This document shows, piece after piece, positions 13,301 to 24,638 of a DNA stretch of 64,000 bases. The number at the start of each line of letters is the position of its first letter. Positions within the stretch are counted from its first letter, which is position 1. The notes below the pieces were generated by a model. The model was given only the letters and a program-made list of their open reading frames with translations. It did not search any database and was not told the origin of the DNA. The stretch comes from Gordius albopunctatus (taxonomy: Eukaryota): contig OZ193910.1 in assembly GCA_964276515.1 (NCBI GenBank), forward strand, positions 682,001-746,000, written 5' to 3'. Made by a program: the position numbers and the translations under genes.

Positions 13301-14109
13301 GCTTTGAATTAAGATTACTTTTGCAATGAGTGACTTCTGTAGGTGTCATAGCCACCTGTAAGCTCGTCTATTCGTCTTTATTTACGGCTCATGAGTAGAA
13401 CACTGCACGGGGGGCCGTCAAAAGTAAAACTTAATCGGGCCGTCAAAAGTAAAACTTAATCGGGCCTTGGGCGCTCAGGTCGGACCTGATGGTTCAACCC
13501 GACCCAAGGCAAGAGCCTGTCCCGAGGTAAAATCTGGCTAAAATATTTTTTAAACCCTTTTACTAATTCTTTTATGGAGTAGGCTATTCATAGAAGACAA
13601 AATACCATAATTTATAAGGTAAATTTTTATAACTGACAATGGGTTTATTAATAATATCTAGGCATTATGGAGTTGTCTGATTTAAAGCCGTCTGACAAAT
13701 TTTTTGGGTCAAAGCCTACATACTAGTGTTGGTGAAAGGGCTGTGTTTTGTATGGTCGACTTTTGATTTAACTAAGTCTAACGGTCCACTCTCGTCTGTT
13801 TTACGAATTTCGACTAAATCTCGTCGAGATCAACACAGAAAAAGAGAGCAAAAAACCGTTTCGATTTTGGAGTTGTGGTGCACTGCAATTTACTTTTATT
13901 CCTTAATAAATTACACATAAAATAGTTTTTTTGAACTTGATAACATTTTAAACGAGGTTTCCCAAATACAAAATGTCACGCTATCAGTTCCTATCTCATA
14001 TTACAAAAAATCTAAACTTAGGCTTTTAAATAGATCTCGAGTTCATTTTGAAGACAATTAATGCTTTGTAATAAGCCGTAACTTAGTTTACGTTGAACCT
14101 TTATTTATT

Positions 14110-14830
14110 AACATGACTGGGATTCTTAATGTTATTGAATTCAAAAAAAAGTAATTTTATTTCTTCAAAATTTATTGTGCTCTTCTTCCAACTAGAATAA
14201 ATAATGATTAGCGATAACAAATAATATCACGCGATAAATAACAAAAATGACAAATTTATTGCAGATCTAAAATTGGCTAGTTTTGTGGTGCGCGAATGAT
14301 GGGCAAAATGTATGGGTTTGAATAAGGCAAGAAGTAAAAGGATATTATTTAGCAAATTATAGATACTCATGGGCGTAGACAGGGGGGAGCGGCTGCCCCC
14401 ATCTAAATCCAAAAAATTCTAAAAATTTAAAATATTTATGTCTTAAATTTCGAAAATGACTATTTAGCTCCTCCCTAAAGCATTTGCCCCCTTCCCTTTA
14501 GTTCTAATCCAAACTAGACACATGTAGATGTAAATATTACATTTAACGAAAGGCTTTGGATGATATAGTAAATTCGGCTTAAAAATATGCATATAATATT
14601 AATTATGCAATATGCCACAATTAGCAACACCATCTCCATGGTGTACGCTAAAATGTCATTGATATATTATTATTTGAGGAATCAAGAAATGAAAGCGAAA
14701 AAATGGTTAAGATAGTTGGTGAGATATGTTTTTATAAATAATCATAAAAAAGTATACGATAAGATCAACGTCATTTCTCCCCATCGCTGGATGATGACCA
14801 ATTGAAGTATCCAAATCTGGAGGTCTTGAG
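14110..14830 (-). pseudogene. Possible decayed multi-pass membrane protein (GPCR-like) sequence interrupted by a MITE
   Basis: Hydrophobic stretches MVLLIVAYCIINIICIFLSRIYY and, after removing MITE 14368-14524, IYNLLNNILLLLALFKPIHFAHHSRTTKLA (loosely TM3/ICL2-like); stops and frameshifts present. Confidence 0.22.
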
Positions 14831-16082
14831 AAAGAGATCAAAAAGACGATATCAACATATGTTTCAAAGGCGTTATGGTCTATAAAGAATTACATAGATA
14901 CAGTACACCTAAAACATAGTGATTAAATAAAAAATAAATTAAAGGACAATTAAGTTTGTTAAAAATCTTTAGATTTGACAAAATCATACTCTTAATTAAA
15001 TGGACATCTTACCCCTCCTCCCTTTAACGATTTTTATTGCCCACCCCCCCCCCCCCCCCATATAATTAAAACATTGTCTAGACCTTTAATATTATCAGTA
15101 AGATTTTTTATTGTTGCAGGCATGTATATATAAAATAATTTTTTTGTCTGCAAAAAAATATAGGTATAAGATGTAAAAAAATATAGATAATGACTTATAA
15201 TGACATAGGCCAAATATTTGTTTGAGCTTCATTATTATAATTGGATTTATTAAATACAGTTTTTGACGTAAATACAAACTTGGTTAATATTTATCTGCTA
15301 TTAATTTTTTCCAATGTTATAAAAAAGGCCAATGCCTTTTTGGCGAAAATGTCGGAACATGAAGGCAATATGGTATATTAAAAGAAGTTCTATATTTTAG
15401 GTTATCTATGATTTATTGTCTCATAAACGGCTGTAGCTGTAATTCATACGTGCGAAGTTATCTAGGCCAATCAAGTCTCCTGCTAGAGTCTTATCATAAT
15501 CTGAAAGAACTAAAGAGGCTCCACAACGAACCATTTTACCTTAGAAAAATAAAATAGAAGGAAGATAGGATCTTCTAACACTGGTCTAAAAAGGTTAAAT
15601 ATTTTGTTTATATAACAAATTTATTGATCTTACATTGTAGTGAGTGACAAGATTCCTGCATAAGTCATTAGGGTTGGATCGGATCCTTGTTTAAAAAATT
15701 GGAGACATCACTATAAACGCCTTACCTTGTATTTTTTCAATTGTAAATTAAGCATTGTTGAAGGAAATAAGTTTTTTTTTAAATTTATACATTAAAACCG
15801 TTGTGGCTATAAGTTATTGTTCTGCTATCAGGTCTTCTAAATCATTTAACTACGATATATAGCGTAGCAGCATTTTTTTATTTAAAAACTGCTAAACTTT
15901 GTCATTCTTAGTCGATTTTATATACCAAATACCTCGATTCTACTCCGTCAAGTATTGCTTTAGTATTAAACATAAATCAAGATTTATATCTAAGCTGACG
16001 ATAGACCATTGCACCTATGTTTGGGCTAATAGCCGTATAGTTGCAATCAGCTGTATTAACTTTTAAAATGTAGGATTCGGTT

Positions 16083-18097
16083 ATGGATGTTCAACAGGAC
16101 TCATTTGATTATATAGAGTGCTCGATATGCCTCCAAAAATGTGTTTACCCAATTAAACTTGATTGTGGGCATATTTTTTGTTATTTATGCGCTAAAGGCG
16201 TGTTAATTATTAGCAAAAAGTTAGTAAATTCTACTATAATTTATTGTATTATTGTAGATGTGCATTATGTAGAAGGGAACTATCACCTAATTCCTTAAAG
16301 AATGCTGAAATAATAGACATGACAAATTTACAAAAGATTTTTAATAAAGAAATGGACAATTATTCTTGGTAAGTTATTTTGGGTTTAGTTAAACACATCA
16401 CACAAATGCACTGGGAAAAATAAAATACAATTAGGATGGCTAAGGGGAATAATTTTCCAATGTTTTTATACCAATACGCAGAATTTGGGTGCAAAATTAT
16501 GGAGATAAGAGACAAAATTTTAGAAATAACTATAAAAATTTTTTTTTAATTATAATGCTATCATATTGTTGTATGGTATTTCCCAATTAAAATACTGGTA
16601 TCTTTATGATTTGGATATCACTCTATTCACAATTCTTCTTACTCTATAATAAGTAAGGGCTCCCCAATATGATAATTTATCTGTCCTAAATTAAGAAGTC
16701 AGTAATCCTTCCAGATGAAAATTAATTCTTCCTTTTTCTCAACTTCAACAATTTATTTTGACTGCAGAATTTATTATGACTAAAATATTTACACTAACAA
16801 TTCTTTTTAAAGTAACAATAATAATGATGGATGAGGTAAATAATGATAGCGCACCACTAATAATTACAAGTGTCGTGGTAAACAATAATGATAAGCACAC
16901 TGGTAACAATAATGATTTTTTTCAATAACAGAAACGAGTAGTAATCTTATCTATATCTTCCAACAACAGAGTCATGATGATTTACATATGATATCTTTTT
17001 TGACATTCATTTAATATAAGCTTTCATATACGGATATTGATTAATGTGGTGTGTGTGTAACGTATAGTGGTTTTCTTTAAATATCATTGTATCTCTTATA
17101 CCAGGATTTATTGATGAAAGGTGCTTGTGTGTAGAAGATCCAGTATAATTTTAGCGGATAATTTTATTTATAGCATTTAATATTATTTTTTAGATGAATG
17201 GGTATGACTCAAGTTAGAACATAATTTAAGAATAAATTAACCAAGATAAAATTAACTTAATTCGGCATATAGGTTAATACCAACATATGCCACACTCTAT
17301 TCACACTCATTCTAATTTGAATATCTTACGGCAATTTAATAATGTTATTCATATTAACCTCAATACAATGATATATAAACTAATGTTTAATGATACCAGC
17401 AGATCTTTGGGTTATTTATTAATAAAGTAGAAATCCTCTATAGTTGAACCAAATTATATATTTGTTTAGGAATTTTTACATTAAATTATTGTTTGTGTAG
17501 AATGATATTTTTACATATTACCTTATTATCTTTTAAAGGTTTTATGAAGGTAAAGATGGATGGTGGTTATATGATGAAAGGACAAGTTTAGAAATTGAGA
17601 AGGCTCATCAACAATCTGTAGATAGTTTAGAGATTCTTGTGGCTGGAAATATTTATGTGATAGATTTAAAGAAAATGGTAAAATATTTATTATACATTTT
17701 TCAAATTTATATACATTGTTTTAATTATTGATTGTATCATTGAATTTTAATATTAATTAAGCTAAACTAAAAATATTGTAAGTGTACTAAACTAATATCC
17801 AAAAAGTTTTAATGAAAATTTATCATTTTAAAGGTTCAATTTCAAAGGTCTGAGCCATTTAGAAAGCGTAAAATTAAAAGAGATCTTTTTGCACAGCCAA
17901 AAAAGGGTATAGCTGGAATAGAGTTGTTAATGAATGAAGTTATAAGTCCAACTCAATTGACTGATTCTAAGATTAGTCGACAACAATTTAAATCTCAAAT
18001 TCCTAAACCAGGATCATTGTTAGAATTAGGCAGACTTGCTACAGATTTAAATGCAAGATTAAACTTAAATGATAACACATTACATGAAAATGACTAA
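16083..18097 (+). CDS. RNF146: RING-WWE E3 ubiquitin ligase RNF146/Iduna-like (exons 16083-16219, 16258-16368, 17539-17677, 17834-18097)
   Basis: [32 protein letters not shown]...CALCRR; WWE domain [21 protein letters not shown]...[20 protein letters not shown]...RKRKIKRD...KKGIAG; phase-consistent GT-AG introns. Confidence 0.92.
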
Positions 18098-18594
18098 TAA
18101 ATTTTAATTGTAAACTTTAAGAAGCATTTAATATTATATGTATATTTATGTAATCTGTCAATGCATTTAAGATAAAATTTAATTTTGCTTCTTTATTGTA
18201 TCATGTTAAAGTACTCATAACATGTATCACAATTGTTTTCCTAGCTAAATTATTATTTATTCTGTTTTCTAATAAAACATTGTTTTAATATGTATATTGT
18301 TTAGGTGTCTACATTATTTTAGTGACATTGGACTTCTTTTAATGAAAAAACAGATTAATTTTATATTTTATAAATATAAGATTTTGTTTGACTAAGAGGT
18401 ATAACTTAAATTAACTATCACTTGAAAGTTAAAATTTAAATATTTATTTGCAAGCAAATTTAACCATAGATATCAATATAAAGTTCGTTCCTTTATTCAA
18501 AAAGATGAAATGCATTAAAGACACTAAAATCAATGTAAATATATTTTAGGATAAAATAAATAGTTATAATTTAGTTTTCGCGTCTGATTTGCCT

Positions 18595-21500
18595 TCAACA
18601 TTGCCTCTTTTTTTTATATGTTTCCGATGGGGTATGTGTAATGAATTGCGTTTCGTCTTCCTCCTGCATTAAAATTATAAAATAAGTTTTCTCAATTAAA
18701 TTTTGTAATTTTAATTTAATTTTGTAAATAAATATAATTTACGTTTAAATTATTTTTCGGGGTATTTGGATCATCTGGAGAATATTCTCGTTCAATTGGT
18801 CGTAGGGAGTAATCAGAATCACTAAATTTAAGTGTATTAGAATCAGGTGGGAATTCGGATATTTTTGGTTTCTGGAAGTCAGCAGCCCCAAAGAAACGAG
18901 TCATTAATAGAACTGTACAAGACACCCAAAAAACAGCTGTCATCCAGGAGGCTATCTTTTATATTTTTATTTTGGAAATATTTTTTTTTGGAAATTTTGA
19001 TATATTTAAAAATTTATTTTTTGGGTAAAAATGCCAAAGAAAGTGGTTATTGATCATCATACTTTAGTAACGCGGAAGAATGAATAGAATGAACCTTTTT
19101 TGTACGGATTCATGATATGTTTAGGGTTATTAATCCATGTTAAACTAACCACATCTTGGCACCTAATGCAAAATAACTATTAAATTGATAAGAATTTGTT
19201 TTATGGCATTGGCACTTGGGCATGAGAGTTATAAAATTTGAGAATTTTGTCCGATTTTGAAATTAAATTTAGAAGTCTGTCACCATGTTTCTGTAATTTT
19301 TAAGGTCTTCTCACAAATAAAGGTTCAAATATTAAATTTTATATATAATTTTGCGTTCTTGCCTATAACTAAAATTAAAGGATATCATATAGTCTACTAT
19401 AGTAGAGGAGATTTCCTAAAATACTTTAAATTTTTTATGAAAGAGCAAAATTTCGCTTGAAACTAGACTATACTCTTTAATAAAACAATTGTAGAATGAA
19501 ATTAAAAAACGTTTAAAAATCAAAATATCTAAAGGAAAATATTTCCTTTATATGTCAATGAAAAAAACACGTTAATGTTTCTGATATTAAGTGATGTTGG
19601 ACAAAATACTACTGTTGGGTTGGGGGACATAATGTAAAACATAGAGTTAACTTGAGCAAGGGTCCTTCTTCTATTCCCAAACACCAATGGTCAAAACCCT
19701 TGGTTATGAGCCAAGCGGCCACAACGGTCAATAAGGAAAAAACGAAACTTAGGAGTAGAGATGGCAAAACTAAACGAGACGGATGCTCCAACCTAAATAA
19801 CACACAATTTAGTCATTATGCAGGTATAATATTTACGAAAAATTTTGTTTTTAATTTACAATTTGTTTGATTACTGCGAAAAGGATGAATTTTTTTCGTA
19901 AATATATATATTATACTAAGTTTAGATATTATATATTAAATCTCATAGGCGTAACAGGAATTCCTCATGGGGCGCGAGGGGTTATAAAATTTTCAAGCTA
20001 AAATCTTTTTCATCTTATTTTTGGATAAAAATGTTTTTCCTAAATGTTTAAAGTGACAAAGTATATTCCAAAAAATATTTATTTTTATTGAATATACAAT
20101 ATAAAAATTATATAAATTGAAAATCATGAGCCTAAGTAAAGAAGTGCTTATGATATTCAGCACACAAATCATGAAATCATGAAATCATGGGTGTAACCAG
20201 GATTGGATAAGTTAACAAATTGCTAAGAACTAGTTTTTACATGGCGTATTGCGTCCGTCCAATTTGACACAGGGAAAAGAACATACAGCATAGGAAAGCG
20301 TAAAATAAGGAGGCGACAGCGAGGTACAAACAAAAATTGCACATACAGCCGGGACCCCATAACGTGTTTATGTAATCTACGGAAGCTACTGAGGTGTCAT
20401 TGAATCGGCCAACAGCTGACATGAGATTTGGATGGGTTGCATTGAAATCATCATATTGACCGGTTAGAATTGAAGTATAATCTTCATCCAAATCTATCGA
20501 TAATGCAAGCACACTCAACACACAATGTGATCGATAATTTTCATTTTATTTATTGATTGATTTTTACCAATCCTCTTCCTCGTAATTACATAAAATCTTG
20601 ACCTATATGATATGTCGGGGGGGGGGCGGTTGAAATTAATTGCTTTCAGGAACTTACACTGGAAGAGGTATAGCAAGCATTGGGATTAGAGGGGGGCAAT
20701 CATCATTCAAAGAGGGGCAAATGATCATTTTTTGAAATTTTAATCAATTTGCGCAAGTATTTGGATAGTTTAAGAGGAACAAGGTGTGTAAAGGATTGCT
20801 TAATATATAATTTGTATTTTAATGCATTTGGAATTTAATACTAATTCAAATGTTTAAATCGTTTCTGTTCAAAAAAAAAGCTAATAAAAAATCTAGACCC
20901 TAAAATGTGCTTGATGTCTTATGAGGAGGAGTATGTCGCATAGCACATTTGAGAATATAATTTAAATATTGAATATATAAAAATGGGTTATATATTCAAA
21001 AATAGGTTTTTTAAAAATAAAATCTAATAATAATTAGATTCATTAATAAGATATTCAAAAATGGTATAAAAAATATGATATTTAAAAATGGTGGGAAAAC
21101 ATTGCGAAAGAATCTTAAATCCATGGATTAATCTAAATTGCGGGAGAATACGTTTAAATTCTCAATTAGATATTCTGCACTATATACGAAGAAATTGGCC
21201 AATATTCCCAAATTTACATTAGATTGTATGCAGCACTATACGTCGAAATTGCCAAATGTTCCTATTGGTTTATTATCAGCTTTTTTTTGAATAAGATTCG
21301 TTTAAATTAAAGTCAAGTTTTATCGACCAACACTTCCTCGTTTCCGTTTCATTATAACATAAAATCTAGTAGATAGGACAGAGCGGGCAATAAAAAACTA
21401 GGAAGCATTCGTAATTTTAACGAATTCAAACCTCTAACTGCCAATAATAATTCAATATGATACTAAAATTGTTATTGGTTTGTTTACAGCTTCAAAAAAG

Positions 21501-22297
21501 GTTCCTGGCTAGGCCGATGCATATATTATTTTAATTTAGGATGAAATATTTTAAGCACCGAAAACCTTAGAGATCTGTAAATGTTTTGTCGACTAAAAGC
21601 AAAGGGCGACCAAATGACTCCTAACCAAACTAAAACCATGCCCCTAATAAAATTTATGATGATACGGTCAGGCACATCACACACATAAAAAAACTCCAAA
21701 ATCAATGAAAAAATTTACGATATAATAAACTCACATTTATGAAAATTTTAGAGTTCAGGAGTAGAGAATTGCAAAGTTACTTTTTTTCAACCCGAAAGAT
21801 TTTTAACCCGAATCCAACGCGCGCGATATTGGGTAAAGTCCGGGTCGGGTTTCGGGTCACCCGTGCAGTATTCAGGGGGTGTAAGATAAACGGAGACAAT
21901 TTTTTAACTAAATGAAAGTGTAAGACAATCTCTAACCTTTTTGAGGTGCGTTAGAATCGGCAAGTTTGTCGGATGAAGAGATAACCTTGTTAATTTTATA
22001 ACGGACGCCGAGGGAATATTTGAGTCGTCCGAAGAGAAGGCAAAAGCCTCTAAAATCATTTTGAGCAGCCCCGAAAGCAACTATCCAAATCATGGAAGTT
22101 CCCATAGTTAGCAGATATATAATAATTGGAATTATACGCCAGGATGGAGCTAAAATAACTGCTTCCAACTTATAATCTGCGTAGATTGCATCTCTGTCCA
22201 AAGCACTTTCATTGATTCCAAGTTGAATTACGTCATTCACAGATGATAACTCAGCAGCGCCTTTGCCCTCCTGCCCACCTATTTCTGGGCGGGTCAT
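18595..22297 (-). CDS. TMEM179: TMEM179-family four-pass membrane protein (about 6 exons)
   Basis: Motifs NDFRGFCLLF, WGPGCMCNF, GFDHWC, SFYSFF and ASW match TMEM179 hallmarks (HDFRGRCLLF, WGPPAACRF, GFTMWC); exons near 21935-22297, 20240-20520, 19640-19795, 19065-19162, 18742-18955 and 18595-18663; some boundaries approximate. Confidence 0.8.
21762..21870. mobile_element. hAT-like MITE (TAGAGAATTGCA end, acccga motifs)
   Basis: 8-bp TSD ttcaggag / ttcagggg; same family as 43658-44081. Confidence 0.65.
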
Positions 22298-22822
22298 CTT
22301 AGTAGCTAATAGTATACTCCTTAGTTAACGACACTTTTAATGCCTTAAAAAACATAAGATTTCAATTGATTGATAGTTGGAGATTATTGATTGTTGTAGA
22401 AAAGAAAATCATACAATTAGTTAGAATTAGATGGGAAAGCGAGGTTATGTATTTGCAACTATGTAATGTAAACAATGTAATAAGAAGACCTTGGGATGGT
22501 AGCAGTAATAAACCTCATTCCCTCTCCCCTGGGAGCAATCTTTATAGGTTAGACTTAGAGGTGGGTTAGCTTGCGAATTTTGTTGAACAGATGTTAGCAT
22601 TTTTTATGACATCGCGAGGCATTGTGACTTTATGTGGGAAGACATTATTATTTATCGGCTTTTTTGCAGAAAATCAATCACTAATTTTCAAATTATCGAT
22701 TAATAGTATTAAGACACCCCCCCCCCATCTTTCAATTTTTAGCAAATTGGGGTAAACTTCTAATTATTATAACTTTGATATAATATCACATTTCCAAAGT
22801 GGACACAATGCAAAATCTATAA

Positions 22823-23340
22823 TTAATTGCTATGCAATTTATGGGCTCGTGTTTAGTTGTCTGTCTGTCCTGCTGTGCAACTTTTTATTTTTCAATAATT
22901 GCCGCGAAAATTTTTCCAAAACTACTGTTTTTGACGAATTAAAATTCAAGGCATAATTATTAATAGGAAAAATGTAAAAAGTATAATCGATGATTAAAAT
23001 GAAGAATAAGAGGTACTAATATTGATTGAAGAAATAAATAGGCCCTTGTAGGGGAGGGCATAGGGTAATTATCAATGTTAAACTATTCAAAAACGAAAAA
23101 TTAAAAATTTCGATTTATCTGGCCAGTGGTCATTTTTTCATTGGTCAGTAGCCTGCGGACGGTCAAAAAGTCATATTATCAATGGTATTAACAAGAACAA
23201 AATATTAATTTAAAAAAAAAAAAATTTTGTCCTCTCCGGGTCTCGAACCCGCAACCTCCAGGTCGGGAAGCTGGTGTAAATAACTTGGTGGACGACGGAC
23301 GGACAACCAAAAACGAGCCCATAAATTGCATAGCAATTAA
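22823..23340. mobile_element. Non-autonomous TIR element bounded by TTAA
   Basis: Perfect 28-bp inverted repeat ttaattgctatgcaatttatgggctcgt at 22823-22850 and 23313-23340, extending imperfectly into gtct/ggac microsatellite-like sequence. Confidence 0.8.
23226..23302 (-). ncRNA. tRNA-like (Pol III B-box) sequence inside the TTAA TIR element; probably a pseudo-tRNA or SINE head
   Basis: Minus strand: T-arm cggg-TTCGAGA-cccg, anticodon-like stem ccag...ctgg, gtcc/ggac acceptor-like ends, followed by a long T tract; D-arm/A box degenerate. Confidence 0.5.
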
Positions 23341-24638
23341 AATAAGTTGGTAATAGAGCTATAACAAAAATCTAATATACACCGTTTTGAGTTTATTTCT
23401 TATTAAACTAAAACAAAGATAAAATTCGAGGCTTTATTTAAGCAGGTGGAGGACGTATAATGTAAACATAAATATGGCACGATGGAATCACAGTTGACGA
23501 GGGATTAAATAATAATAAAGGGAAAACAAAAAGGCAAAAGTGACGAAGATTTCGTTGTGGCATTTGCATGTTGCTTGACGAGAGGATCTATTTCAAAAAC
23601 AAATATAATTTATGTTGCAAATAAAGTTTTTGATCAGGGGTACGAAGCGGGAAAATATATTGGGAGTGGAGTGGGGGGGGGGGCTTGCCCCTCCTGCGTT
23701 TTCATGACTAAGCTCACAAGATGATTATAGATATAGCCCTGCAAAATGCAACTTCTTCGGCCCCCGACCAGAGCCCAACTTTTTTGAAATGTAAATTTAT
23801 AAAAATTTACATTCAGAATTTAACATAAAATATTTTGTACACTCTAATCCGCCTAGTAAAAAGTTTTATCGTTTAGCTAGGATTCGCCCCGTGACCCAAC
23901 AGCCCGACCCGAGCCAGAGGCCCGATTGATTTTTAATTTTTGGCCTCGAGCCGGTCTTCGGACGGGTCTCTAATTGTAGTTTCAAACAGAGGTCACTCTT
24001 TAAAAAAAGCCATATATTTTTCCTTAAATTATTATCAAAGACTATGTGGCAATTTAAATAAATAAATATATAGACGAACTATCACCTCATTAGCAGCCCC
24101 AATTCGTCATAAAGCCCTTCAACACTATATATTCCAAATTTTAAGCACTTCTAAATTATATTTAAAAGCTTCCCCATAAATTCAAAAATTTGGTGAAATT
24201 TATTTGGATTATGAGCAAAAAGATGAAAAATGATCATTTTGCCTCCCCCACCCCCTAATTCCAATCCTGGCGCCGCCCAACTTCAAAAACGTCTCGATGA
24301 TAGAAAGCTAAACCCTAAATAGTGGGATCAGCTGGGTTTTGTTAAATCGGCCTTTGGTCTAACAGAGACTAACGTCTGTCTGACTTTTACAATTTGACTA
24401 AGCCTACAAGTGTCCATTAAGAAAAACAGACCCAAATGACCCTTCTTTATGCTTGGTCGACTAAAAGCAAAGGTGGATCGAACCAACATTAAATTTGACA
24501 AAAATCGACATTACTACAAAATACAATTTTCCATTCACGGAAAAACAGATTTTTGGGTAAGGGTGCATAACGCAAACCCCATTAACTCACCGTTGCACAG
24601 AAGAAGCTGGTCCACGTGACTACGATAACTGGCTGCGG

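Noticed and set aside
13413..13466. 25-bp direct repeat (2 copies) as a CRISPR-like array
   Set aside because: No spacers; a simple tandem duplication inside a MITE in eukaryotic DNA
23226..23302. Functional tRNA gene
   Set aside because: D-arm/A box degenerate, mismatched acceptor and anticodon stems, and embedded in a transposon
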